Virus record (IMG/VR): IMGVR_UViG_3300042892_003815
Location: 32,001 to 96,000 of that record
Length of the DNA: 64,000 nucleotides
Reading direction: 5' to 3' (one strand)
From: a virus
Shown: piece after piece, positions 9,983-19,493 of the stretch
Numbering within the stretch: position 1 is the first letter of the stretch
How the letters are laid out: every line of letters begins with the position of its first letter
Notes under the pieces: model-generated
Databases searched by the model: none
Seen by the model: the letters and a program-made list of their open reading frames with translations, nothing else
What the model was told of the DNA's origin: nothing
Program-made: the position numbers and the translations under genes

Positions 9983-10429
9983 ATGAGATACTTAAAAACT
10001 TTTGAGAATTTTGATTTTGACAGAATAGACTCTGATGAGACTGACTATTTATATGTAGAAACTTCACAGATACCTAATTCTGGTAGAGGTTTATTCACTG
10101 CAATTGATATTGAAAAAGATGAAGTTATTTCAGTTTTTAAAGGGGAAATACTTTCTGATAAAGAAATCAAATCAAGAACTGAATCAGGAGATGATGATTA
10201 CTTTATGAATTTACCAAATGGTGATATATTAGATTGTAAAAAAACTGAATGTTTTGCAAAATATGCTAATGATGCAGGAGGTTCTAATACGAGTTTTAAA
10301 AATAATTGCATTATCTCAATGGAAGGTGATGATGTTGTTCTTGTTGCAACAAGAGATATAGAATCTGGTGAGGAAATATTTGTTGAATATGGTGAAAACT
10401 ATTGGAGTAATAATTCTTACAGACTTTAA
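9983..10429 (+). CDS. SET-domain protein (putative lysine methyltransferase) with CTS-like N-terminus
   Basis: SGRGLFTAIDIEKDEVI, YAND, ATRDIESGEEIFVEYGENYW. Start moved to ATG 9983 (MRYLKTFENF). Confidence 0.85.
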   Translation: MRYLKTFENFDFDRIDSDETDYLYVETSQIPNSGRGLFTAIDIEKDEVISVFKGEILSDKEIKSRTESGDDDYFMNLPNGDILDCKKTECFAKYANDAGGSNTSFKNNCIISMEGDDVVLVATRDIESGEEIFVEYGENYWSNNSYRL

Positions 10430-10803
10430 TTTACAGTCGCATAAACTTGATAATCAGAAACGGTAAAACTTATAACCATATATTCTTGGTATCTTTCAGG
10501 ATCTTCAAAAAACTCTACAAATAATTCATAAGGAACAGAATCTACCTCTGGTATATAATCTGCAATCTGTGCCATTAGCTCTCCTTCAATTGATTCTGAT
10601 GATAATCTAGTTTCATGTAATAGTTCTGTTAGATTTGCCCCAAAGTTAGGTTCACCTAAAACTTCACCTTTATTAGTAAAGATAATCATTTCATACTTTT
10701 GTATGATAACTCTGATTACATCATCTTCAACAAGCTCGGTCAATTGAAACATTGGATGTCCTGGGTAACAGATATAAAAGTCTATAAAATTAAAATTCGC
10801 CAT
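10426..10803 (-). CDS. gp25: Baseplate wedge protein, gp25/GPW-like
   Basis: IFTNKGEVLGEPNFGANLTELLHE signature. Confidence 0.8.
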   Translation of the reverse strand: MANFNFIDFYICYPGHPMFQLTELVEDDVIRVIIQKYEMIIFTNKGEVLGEPNFGANLTELLHETRLSSESIEGELMAQIADYIPEVDSVPYELFVEFFEDPERYQEYMVISFTVSDYQVYATVN

Positions 10804-10831
10804 AAACTATATATAAAAAAATAAAACCCAG

Positions 10832-11803
10832 TTAGACTGGGTTTTTTAATATATCTCTAAATTTTCCGATAATTGTAATTCCTAATATAAGAGGATCTGT
10901 TGCAGTTTCTAACCTTGAAGAGTAATCTGCGATTACATACGCAGTTTCAAATAATTTATTAACACTTTCTTTTTTATCTATAATGCACCAATCAATAAAG
11001 GGCTTTCCTAATAATTTGATCATTACATCAATTTTTTCGGCACCGAAGTTTGACATTAAAAAATGATATGTTTTTTCAAAGTCTAAATCCTCATATAAAG
11101 TATTATAAAGTTCTAACTTTACTTTAGCAGAAACATTACCTGTTCCATCACTTATAGAACCTGTTTCTAAATAACTTTGTACTTCAACTAATACAGAACG
11201 AAAGTCTGGAAACTTTTTAGTAATAATATTTACTAAATCTTCTTTTGGTATTTCTGATTCTTCTTTTGGGAGAATATCATTGTTAATTTTTTTATAGATC
11301 TCTTGTTTAAGATACTTTTCTTCTTCTACTCCTTGACAATCAAATCCAATCTGTTTAATCCTTGATTTTAATCCATCTGATATTTTATTGATATGGTTCG
11401 TTGTAATTATAAAACGAACATTTCTGTTGTATCTTTCTATAAATGCTTTAAAAGCGTCTTGGAAGTTCCCAGAAACTCTCTCAAACTCATCTAAGAATAC
11501 ATACTTAATATCTGAATTAGTTTCCATCATTGGAGTAAACTTACAGAAGTTATCGATTTCAGTTCTAAGTACATCAATGGATGTATCCATTGAACAGTTT
11601 AATTCCAAGTAAGGAGTTTCCTTGGTGTATCTACCGATTAGTATTCTAGCTAAACTAGTTTTACCGGTTCCATAGTGACCGTGAAAGATATAGTGTTGGT
11701 TTACACCATTTTCTAATTCTTTTCTAATTCTTGGAAGTAATATGATATCCTCTATAGTTTTCGGACGCCATTTCTCCCATAATAATAATTTATTTACTGA
11801 CAT
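10832..11803 (-). CDS. gp44: Clamp loader AAA+ subunit (T4 gp44/RFC-like)
   Basis: LLWEKWRPKTIEDIILLP, GHYGTGKTS, FLDEFE, KSR, FPDFR. Confidence 0.9.
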   Translation of the reverse strand: MSVNKLLLWEKWRPKTIEDIILLPRIRKELENGVNQHYIFHGHYGTGKTSLARILIGRYTKETPYLELNCSMDTSIDVLRTEIDNFCKFTPMMETNSDIKYVFLDEFERVSGNFQDAFKAFIERYNRNVRFIITTNHINKISDGLKSRIKQIGFDCQGVEEEKYLKQEIYKKINNDILPKEESEIPKEDLVNIITKKFPDFRSVLVEVQSYLETGSISDGTGNVSAKVKLELYNTLYEDLDFEKTYHFLMSNFGAEKIDVMIKLLGKPFIDWCIIDKKESVNKLFETAYVIADYSSRLETATDPLILGITIIGKFRDILKNPV

Positions 11804-11850
11804 ATTTTATCTCATTTTCTCATGAGTATATCAAAAATTATCAAAAAAGT

Positions 11851-12405
11851 TTATACTATTGGACGTCCAATTAGATATTCTTCTTCTGTTATGGTTTGGT
11901 CTGGAAGAGTTCTTGTATAAATACCTTTTCTTATCCAATTTATTTCTGAATTTGGAAAAATTTTACTAACTGTTTGTTTATCACAGTATTTACAATCTGC
12001 TCCTATAAGTATCTCTGCCGGTCTTCCGGAAACTTCAATCCAAAATCCTTCTCTATGTAATAGGACAATCAATTGTTTCATTAGTTCTTTTCTCGCTTCT
12101 TTTGTTCCATCGTGACCCCAACCAGAAATCTTGTGTCCGTGAGACTCTCTAGAAAATATAACAACGTCTGCATTAGGATCCTTATCTATATCAACAGCTG
12201 TCCAAAAAGTTAAATCTGGATCATTTACAACTGCATCAGGACTTGATATTCTAACGTGACCACCAAGTGGTTTGTAAGCCAAATCAACAATTTCCCATAT
12301 CTCCTTTTTAAGTTTTTTTCTATCTTCCATAGAAAGTTCAACCCATTTATTCTTATCGTATAAATCAGAGAATGTAAAATCTTCAAATAGTTTAATGTAA
12401 TTCAT
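11851..12405 (-). CDS. Hypothetical protein with CTS-like N-terminus (MNYIKLFEDF)
   Basis: ORF track; AATATATA at 12411-12418. Confidence 0.8.
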   Translation of the reverse strand: MNYIKLFEDFTFSDLYDKNKWVELSMEDRKKLKKEIWEIVDLAYKPLGGHVRISSPDAVVNDPDLTFWTAVDIDKDPNADVVIFSRESHGHKISGWGHDGTKEARKELMKQLIVLLHREGFWIEVSGRPAEILIGADCKYCDKQTVSKIFPNSEINWIRKGIYTRTLPDQTITEEEYLIGRPIV

Positions 12406-12454
12406 TATTCTATATATTAAGATTAGAGAGTTATTTTTTTTAATATATACTTTT

Positions 12455-13348
12455 ATGATTGGAGATAGATTTAATTTTGAAGATGTGTTCTTTAGAGATT
12501 TGACTGTATGTGTATTGGATACGTTAGAAGGACAAGTAAAGTGGGTAAATAAGTTTACTTCTGGTGATAAATTTGTAGAGGTTCCTTTTTACTATTCAAT
12601 GACTGGTGATGAAAGATTTCTATTAGATTCATTTACTGATGATATAGTTTCTGGTGATTCTACTGGAAATGGTCGTTATCTTGAATTAAATACTGATATC
12701 ATACCAAGAGGTCATTTAACTATGAAATCATTTGCAATTCGTTCAGATGAATTTGCAAATCCAAATGTTTGGTTAAGAACGGTTGTTGAGAATGAAGTTG
12801 AAATAAAAAAGGTTTTAGGAAGAATTAGAGCGGTTCCAGTAACTGTTAGTTATGATTTGGTAATCACTTTATCGAGTGAAATAGATAGTTTTAAATGTAG
12901 TCAAGCTATTATGGATACACTATGGATTTATAAATTCATGTATTTTGAACATAATTTTATGAATATTGATGCAGTTATTTTAATGCCTGATTCAAATTCT
13001 ATTGAAATGACAAGAGAGAAGAATTTAACATCAGATAATTCAATAAAAATGACAGTTTCATTTGAAGTACAGACATACTATCCTGCATTTAGAAGAGATA
13101 GAGTAGACTTCCCTGGTTATACAAAAGAAAATAGTGGTATGTCGGATATGAATGGATATACAATAGAAGGTGGTTACTCCGACTTTTTTAATAATGTACG
13201 TGGTGGATCTACTGCAGGAGAATCAAATGCCGGATTCTTTGCAACTCCTAAGAGAACACGCTGGTTTAATAATATTCTACGATCTAGAGAGCAAAGTTCT
13301 AGAAGATATGATAATCCAAATGGTGATTTAGGAAATAAAGATAAATAA
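12455..13348 (+). CDS. gp15: Tail sheath stabilizer/terminator, T4 gp15-like
   Basis: VEVPFYY, IPRGHLTM, AVPVTVSYDLVI pattern resembles the gp15 family; late promoter upstream. Confidence 0.55.
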   Translation: MIGDRFNFEDVFFRDLTVCVLDTLEGQVKWVNKFTSGDKFVEVPFYYSMTGDERFLLDSFTDDIVSGDSTGNGRYLELNTDIIPRGHLTMKSFAIRSDEFANPNVWLRTVVENEVEIKKVLGRIRAVPVTVSYDLVITLSSEIDSFKCSQAIMDTLWIYKFMYFEHNFMNIDAVILMPDSNSIEMTREKNLTSDNSIKMTVSFEVQTYYPAFRRDRVDFPGYTKENSGMSDMNGYTIEGGYSDFFNNVRGGSTAGESNAGFFATPKRTRWFNNILRSREQSSRRYDNPNGDLGNKDK

Positions 13349-13419
13349 AATAAAAAAGGAAAAAAATGGCTTTTTTACCTTAATATATAGTAATATAAAA
13401 AAAATAATAAATTAGAAAT

Positions 13420-14703
13420 ATGAAGAATCTTAAACTTGAATTGTTTAACTTCAAAAAGGATCTTTCTCTTGATCAAGAAGAAATATCTACGATTGTAGAA
13501 GGACATATGAATGCTTGTAATCAACATTCAGAGAAAACTATAATTACTTCTCTTAATGAAAGATTAAAACCTTATACTTATGATAAAGGTGTAAAGATGT
13601 TATTAGAAGGTCTTAATGATGATATGGCTACATTTGAATTATTATATGAGTTGAAAAATTTATATGGTGTTCTTAATACAAGAAATCAAGGAGAACTTTA
13701 CAGACAACCTATAAATGTTTTATTACAAACTATTAATCTTGAGTCAGATCAAGATAGAATGTCAAAAATTCTTAATGAATTGGCAGTTTATGACTGGGTT
13801 CCAGAAATTAAAGTATTCGTACACAATTTAACAAAATCTCCAGAAAAAAGATCTAATCTTCTAAGTGGTGGTAATGGTGAATCAATTTTTACTGTTGTAG
13901 AACAAGTTGAAGAAGGACATGTTGCTTTGGTTAGAGATTCTTGGTTTTTATTAACAGAGAATTCAATCGAAAAAACTTTATTAGAAAATCACATTAAAGA
14001 TGAAACTGCATTAAGAAGTTTAAGAACTTTAGAAACAGCTATGAAATATTCAACTGTTACTGAAAGTAGAATTAACTTCAGAATTTCAGAATATTTAACA
14101 ATTGGTTTGGCAGTTGGTAAAAAAGGTGGTTTATTCATCAATGATGATGAGTTAAATGAAGAAACTACATTAGAAAGCTTATTTAACTCTCCAATTATTC
14201 CTATCGTTAACAAAAACTTTTATCCAGTTTTATTAGAAACTTCTAAAAACTTAGATAAATTTGTTGAATTAGATGTTGTAAAAAGAGTTAATAACTTAGT
14301 AAATCCTTATTTAGAAGTATTTGCTTTCAATTACAAAAACAATACATTTGTTTACAGATGTGATGAAAGATATGGTAACTCATTCTTTAAATATGAATCT
14401 GCTTTAGAATTAGTAAATGAAGTAAGAAATGAATTAAACTATGATTTAACTTATTTCTACGAAAACAAACTAAGTAAAGAATTAATTGTTAAAAGAAAAC
14501 TTGAAGATAAAGAAAGAGAAATCTCTCTTAAATTAGAAGATGTTGAATTTAATATAGATAAAGTTAAAGGTTCTTTAAAAATGATTGGTGAATCAGAGGT
14601 TTTAACAACTGCATTATCTAATTTAGAAAAAAGACAAACTAATCTTATTACTGAATTACAGGCAGTTAAAGAATTACAATACAAAGAAAGAATTAAAGGA
14701 TAA
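13420..14703 (+). CDS. Hypothetical protein, probably head-associated
   Basis: Long ORF under the late-type element; several LNE/LLE candidate cleavage sites; C-terminal coiled coil. Confidence 0.6.
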   Translation: MKNLKLELFNFKKDLSLDQEEISTIVEGHMNACNQHSEKTIITSLNERLKPYTYDKGVKMLLEGLNDDMATFELLYELKNLYGVLNTRNQGELYRQPINVLLQTINLESDQDRMSKILNELAVYDWVPEIKVFVHNLTKSPEKRSNLLSGGNGESIFTVVEQVEEGHVALVRDSWFLLTENSIEKTLLENHIKDETALRSLRTLETAMKYSTVTESRINFRISEYLTIGLAVGKKGGLFINDDELNEETTLESLFNSPIIPIVNKNFYPVLLETSKNLDKFVELDVVKRVNNLVNPYLEVFAFNYKNNTFVYRCDERYGNSFFKYESALELVNEVRNELNYDLTYFYENKLSKELIVKRKLEDKEREISLKLEDVEFNIDKVKGSLKMIGESEVLTTALSNLEKRQTNLITELQAVKELQYKERIKG

Positions 14704-14720
14704 TTATTACTAAATATAAA

Positions 14721-14757
14721 AAAAAATACTCAAACTTTGTTTGAGTATTTTTTTTTT
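14721..14757 (+). terminator. Intrinsic terminator
   Basis: AAAAAATACTCAAAC-TTT-GTTTGAGTATTTTTT. Confidence 0.85.
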
Positions 14758-14827
14758 AAACTTTTTCTAATGAATATATATAACATGAATGAATAGCATT
14801 ACAGAGTTCAACTCTGAAAAAAAATAA

Positions 14828-15202
14828 ATGCTATATATGTACTTAAATAATAAAGAATTATACATCGAGATTATTGTGTCAAAGGCACAAGGTCGACTAA
14901 CAAGAAATGCGGAGAAAATGCTAGAGTTACTAGCAAAAAAGACAATAAGAAAAATGAGATACTGGTCAAATGATGATAAGTTAGATTGCTACCAAAGTGG
15001 TCTACTAGATATGTTTCAAAACTGGTTCAACTTTAATGAAGACAAATCAATCAATGCATTTGCGTATTTTACCGAAATATTTAAAAGAGGTTTGGCTAAA
15101 GGATGGAATGACCTTTATAAAAAGAAAGGAGATAACGAACATTTGATTAAACTTATTTCAATAAACGGTGCTAATGATGGAAATGGATTACACTCAATAT
15201 AA
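14828..15202 (+). CDS. gp55: Late-transcription sigma factor, T4 gp55-like (short)
   Basis: YLNNKEL ... NFNEDKSINAFAYFTEIFKRG matches gp55 YVNNKEL ... NFDETKYKNPHAYITQ. Confidence 0.8.
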   Translation: MLYMYLNNKELYIEIIVSKAQGRLTRNAEKMLELLAKKTIRKMRYWSNDDKLDCYQSGLLDMFQNWFNFNEDKSINAFAYFTEIFKRGLAKGWNDLYKKKGDNEHLIKLISINGANDGNGLHSI

Positions 15203-15343
15203 GATACAAACATTTGATATAGTGACTGATCCAGGATTTGGATCAGTCAGTATAAAAAATTTATCTACTAAGAATTATATAAGAATGAAAATAATAAGAA
15301 ACTTATTTATTTTTTAGTATAGAATACTTTTAAACAATTTTTT

Positions 15344-15637
15344 ATGAATAAAGTTTATCTTCAAATCTGGGAAGAGTCAATTAGTAATGAGGGAATAAGA
15401 CCTGATGGTTGTTCACTACATATCGATCTAGAGTCAAATCAAAAATATTTAAAATCAATCTATGAATTTAGAGAGAATTTAAAAATACCAAATGATTATG
15501 ATTCTGCCGTTGGAGAACCAATAGAGGTTTTAGTAAATGATTCAGTTTACGTCTTAGTAAAGGTGGATAAAACAATTAGATTATTACAAAATGAGTTTAA
15601 TAATCTAATACAATTAAAAGATATATTAGTGCAATGA
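15344..15637 (+). CDS. Hypothetical protein
   Basis: ORF track. Confidence 0.7.
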   Translation: MNKVYLQIWEESISNEGIRPDGCSLHIDLESNQKYLKSIYEFRENLKIPNDYDSAVGEPIEVLVNDSVYVLVKVDKTIRLLQNEFNNLIQLKDILVQ

Positions 15638-15969
15638 TTATAGTTTACGACTTGCTACCAATAATATTTATTTTAAATATTATTTATTTTATAAAAAATA
15701 GAGATTATCTACAAAAAAGTTATTCTGAAAAAGATACATCGATAATTAGAGGTAGCGATTTAGTATATTATTATGTAAACCTAATTTATTATCTCTTTAT
15801 ATTTTTTGGATTACTAATAGATAATACTTATTGGTTATTACTTTTGGCTTATTTTATTAAATTTCCAATTTATCATATAAATAAAAGATTTTATAGAATC
15901 TACTCCTATTTGTATCCTTATATAAGTATAGTATTTTTATTATATCTACTATATTCCAAACTTTTTTAA
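15634..15969 (+). CDS. Small multi-TM membrane protein
   Basis: Three to four hydrophobic segments; coupled to the upstream ORF via ATGA overlap. Confidence 0.6.
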   Translation: MIIVYDLLPIIFILNIIYFIKNRDYLQKSYSEKDTSIIRGSDLVYYYVNLIYYLFIFFGLLIDNTYWLLLLAYFIKFPIYHINKRFYRIYSYLYPYISIVFLLYLLYSKLF

Positions 15970-16476
15970 GTGTTGTTCAGTTATGATAATAAAATCATAG
16001 CCTTTCTTATCACACCAAGATATCATAGTCTCCCATTTATTCTTATTCTTATAAGCCATTTTAAGGTCATACTCGAAGTTCTTTAACTTCTTTAAACCAT
16101 TTGTAGGAACATTCATTTTACCTTCTTTTAAATCAATTACCATTTGATATTCTTTCATTGGTTTTACTTCAACTACAACTCTTTTTCTACTACCATCTGC
16201 AAGTTGCATTTCATAATAAAAGTCTGGATAGTAACAGTGTTCTTTAACTTTCATATCACCATTATCAAAATGAGTCATTTGGTAAGGTATTTTAAGACAC
16301 TCTGCACCCCACATTAAAATATTTGAGTTATTATCTAACCAAGTCATTATTCTTTTCTCCCAAGAGCTTCTAAAGTAAACACCACCATTGGTATTTAGTT
16401 TCATTACTTTATCCTTATTTGTAGGGATGAAATTTCCCTGATTATAGTTCTTATTATTTGGTTTTGAATTTATCAT
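15949..16476 (-). CDS. gp4: Head completion nuclease, T4 gp4-like (TnsA-type fold)
   Basis: YFRSSWEKRIMTWLD, IPY, YYPDFY, VEVKP. Confidence 0.85.
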   Translation of the reverse strand: MINSKPNNKNYNQGNFIPTNKDKVMKLNTNGGVYFRSSWEKRIMTWLDNNSNILMWGAECLKIPYQMTHFDNGDMKVKEHCYYPDFYYEMQLADGSRKRVVVEVKPMKEYQMVIDLKEGKMNVPTNGLKKLKNFEYDLKMAYKNKNKWETMISWCDKKGYDFIIITEQHLKKFGI

Positions 16477-16506
16477 ATTTTATATATAAATAAAAATAAT
16501 TCTCTT

Positions 16507-17211
16507 ATGGCGGTTGTTGATTCTTTATTAGAACGTATTAAACTAGCATTACTTTATAATGGAAATGGTATAGTTGAGAATTTTAAAAATAATTCTTTAT
16601 TTTTTTATAATAAATATAATAAATCAGGTAAAGATGTTGAATCTATAAATATTAAAGATATTTACCCTGGTGGTTTTTACTTTTTTCATTATAAAGATGA
16701 TTCTAATTGGATGAAATATGCACCAGTATTTGTTGTTGATTTTAAAAAATTTGAAGATAAAGTAATTTTATTTGCAGTGAATTTTAATTTTATTCCAATG
16801 GAAATAAGAGCTCAGATATTTGATAAGTATATACAACCAAATGATTTTGAAAATAATAATTTCTTAAAAGTAAATTATGAAGGAATGTATAAAGAACTAT
16901 TAAATTCTGGATTTGAATACGCTTTGATGGAATTTAATGCAATACAATTAGTTCTAGTTCATAGAATACATTTAGAATTACTACCTAGATTTCTTTATTC
17001 ACAACATCCTATAAACAAATATGACCCACAAAAACTAGTACAAATTTGGCAAGCAAAACTTTCTAGTAGAAATGAAAGACACAAAGAAGTAATCTCATCT
17101 ATTTTAAGTGATTTTTATGACGTAAATAATGAAATATCGGATAAATATAATGTTATGAGAGATCATATAAAACGTCTACAGACCAGTCTGAATAAGTACG
17201 GGAAGAGGTAA
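16507..17211 (+). CDS. gp2: DNA end protector, T4 gp2-like
   Basis: GGFYFFHY...PVFV...AVNFNFIP..R; position next to gp4 and portal. Confidence 0.6.
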   Translation: MAVVDSLLERIKLALLYNGNGIVENFKNNSLFFYNKYNKSGKDVESINIKDIYPGGFYFFHYKDDSNWMKYAPVFVVDFKKFEDKVILFAVNFNFIPMEIRAQIFDKYIQPNDFENNNFLKVNYEGMYKELLNSGFEYALMEFNAIQLVLVHRIHLELLPRFLYSQHPINKYDPQKLVQIWQAKLSSRNERHKEVISSILSDFYDVNNEISDKYNVMRDHIKRLQTSLNKYGKR

Positions 17212-17263
17212 AATAGGAAAACTCAAAATTTAATATATACATAAATTTTAAAATTTAATACAT

Positions 17264-19033
17264 ATGGCATCTTATAATAACTTCAGTCAAGAAAATCAAA
17301 ATAACGTTGGATCAAACTTTGCGATGGTAAATTCATCTGGAGTTGAGAATAAAGGTTTATTTAGTAGGATTTTGAGAAACTTATCATCATACGGAATGAA
17401 CTTCGATGATATGATTGTTAGAAATCAAGTAGGTATTGGTATCAATGAAGATCCATATGCGGCTAAAGGAAATTCGATGTACGACTTCTTCTCCCAGCGA
17501 GCCGTTGCATCAGTATTAAACAGAAAATCAATACCTTATCTAGACAAAGCTTACGCAGACAAGAGAAGAATTTTAAGAGAGTATTCAGTTAAAGACGAGA
17601 TTAGAGACTTTATAAGCACGATTGCAGACGAATGTATAGTATATAATGATGAAAAGGACTTCTGTTCTATTACGGCTCTTCCAACGTCTTATTCACAGGA
17701 AGTACAAGATAAGTACCAAGAGTATTTTGAAAAAATTTATAATAGGTTTGGATTTGCGGATAATATAACAGCTTGGAACATGATGAAAGACTTCTTGATT
17801 GATGGTTATTTGGCACTTGAGATTATTTACGATGATAAAAAGAAGAATATTATTGGATTTAATAGAATTAGACCAGAGACAGTAGTTCCTGCATATGAGC
17901 CGAGTATAGGACACTTATGGATTCAGTTTCCTGAAGATCCACAATTAAGAAGAATATTTCTAGATTCACAATTAGTTTATATTTCATATTCAACTCAAAA
18001 TGAATTTTCTGAGACATCGTATATAGAAGGTTTAATTAAGCCTTATAATCAATTAAAGATTTTACAACAAACAAGAATAATGTTTAACATTATCAATGCT
18101 ACTGTTTATCAAAAGTTTACTATTCCTATTAAAGGTATGTCTAGACAAAGAGCGGAGGAACAAATAGGTCAATTAATACATGATTATTCAGAAGAAGTAG
18201 AATGGGATGAATCATTAGGCACAATGACTATTAATGGTTCTAAACACTTACCTTACAACAAACAAATTTGGTTCCCTGAAGGGGATGGTGGTACACCTAA
18301 TATGGAATTAGTTTCTCCAACTGGACATAACTTAAATGATGACTCAATGTTGGATTGGTTCTTCAAAGCTTTAAAAAGATCTTCTAAGATTCCAATGTCA
18401 AGATTTGAAAGTGATAATGGTGGTGGTAATTTAGTTACTGATGCTGCTGAGATGACAAGAGATGAGATTAAATTTCATAACTTTATTAGTAGGTTAAGAG
18501 CAAATTTCAAAGAATTGATTGTTAAACCATTGAGACTACAAATGTTGATAGAGTTTCCTGAGTTTATAGAGGATGAATTCTTTACAAATGCGGTGGATAT
18601 TACTTTCTTCTCAAATCAAGTATTTGAAGAATGGAAGAAATTAAATAATTTAGAAAAGAAAGCAGGTATTGTTGGTACAATGCTTGGTGTGATGAATGGT
18701 GAAAAACCTTACTTTCATATTGAGTGGATTATGGATAATATCTTTAAACTTAGTCCTGAGGAAAAGGCGGAAAATCAAAAATACTGGGATAAAGACGCTA
18801 TGAACGCAGCCGCTGGTGCAACTGGTGAGCCTGGAATGCCATCGGAAGGTGGTGGAGGTGGCGTTGGAATGCCAGAAGGTGGTGCTCCAGAAGGTGGTGG
18901 TCAAATAGCTCCAGAAGGTGGTGGTCAATCTGCTCCAGAAGGTGGTGGTCAATCTGCTCCACAGACTACACCACAAGCTGCACCTGAAGCACCTGCTCCT
19001 GAAGCACCGGGTGGTGGAGAGTTTGAATTCTAA
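17264..19033 (+). CDS. gp20: Portal vertex protein, T4 gp20-like, with Gly/Pro-rich C-tail
   Basis: FLIDGYL, SYIEGLIKPYNQLKILQ, LKRSSKIPMSR, EMTRDEIKFHNFISRLR. Confidence 0.9.
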   Translation: MASYNNFSQENQNNVGSNFAMVNSSGVENKGLFSRILRNLSSYGMNFDDMIVRNQVGIGINEDPYAAKGNSMYDFFSQRAVASVLNRKSIPYLDKAYADKRRILREYSVKDEIRDFISTIADECIVYNDEKDFCSITALPTSYSQEVQDKYQEYFEKIYNRFGFADNITAWNMMKDFLIDGYLALEIIYDDKKKNIIGFNRIRPETVVPAYEPSIGHLWIQFPEDPQLRRIFLDSQLVYISYSTQNEFSETSYIEGLIKPYNQLKILQQTRIMFNIINATVYQKFTIPIKGMSRQRAEEQIGQLIHDYSEEVEWDESLGTMTINGSKHLPYNKQIWFPEGDGGTPNMELVSPTGHNLNDDSMLDWFFKALKRSSKIPMSRFESDNGGGNLVTDAAEMTRDEIKFHNFISRLRANFKELIVKPLRLQMLIEFPEFIEDEFFTNAVDITFFSNQVFEEWKKLNNLEKKAGIVGTMLGVMNGEKPYFHIEWIMDNIFKLSPEEKAENQKYWDKDAMNAAAGATGEPGMPSEGGGGGVGMPEGGAPEGGGQIAPEGGGQSAPEGGGQSAPQTTPQAAPEAPAPEAPGGGEFEF

Positions 19034-19040
19034 TATAAAT

Positions 19041-19071
19041 AAAAAATCCTTTCAATTTGAAAGGATTTTTT
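19041..19071. terminator. Bidirectional intrinsic terminator
   Basis: AAAAAATCCTTTCA-ATT-TGAAAGGATTTTTT. Confidence 0.85.
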
Positions 19072-19073
19072 AT

Positions 19074-19493
19074 TTATGCTACATTTTTTGGTGTCTCTAT
19101 TATAAAGTTTAAATTTTTATCATATATAAATTGACTTACTTTAACTTCCATACCTACCTGTATCATTGTTTTGACTATCTTACCACATTCTGTATCAAGT
19201 ACTTTAGATTTTAAAGTAAGTTTATCAATCTTATTATTATTTATTATAAATGTCATTCCGTTTACAGAGCAACATACTTTTTGTAAGGATATCTGATGAC
19301 TATGCTGATCATCGAGTGTAATATATTTCTGAATATCATCAATATCAAACTGTATTTTTTTACTACCTTCTAAAAGATAGTTTAATTTTATCTCACGATA
19401 AATGGATTTCCACGTTGGATAACTAGAAAGTGCTAAATTATAATCATCAAATTCTAAATCACTACCTAATATGACATCAAATAGATAGTCCAT
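19074..19493 (-). CDS. Degenerate prohead-protease-like (gp21 fold) protein
   Basis: SLQKVCCSV...KVLDTECGKIVKTMIQVGMEVKVS aligns by eye to SLSRASHII...KLLSTYWGKEAKSLVDDGCPVFVSS of the protease at 21963. Confidence 0.45.
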   Translation of the reverse strand: MDYLFDVILGSDLEFDDYNLALSSYPTWKSIYREIKLNYLLEGSKKIQFDIDDIQKYITLDDQHSHQISLQKVCCSVNGMTFIINNNKIDKLTLKSKVLDTECGKIVKTMIQVGMEVKVSQFIYDKNLNFIIETPKNVA

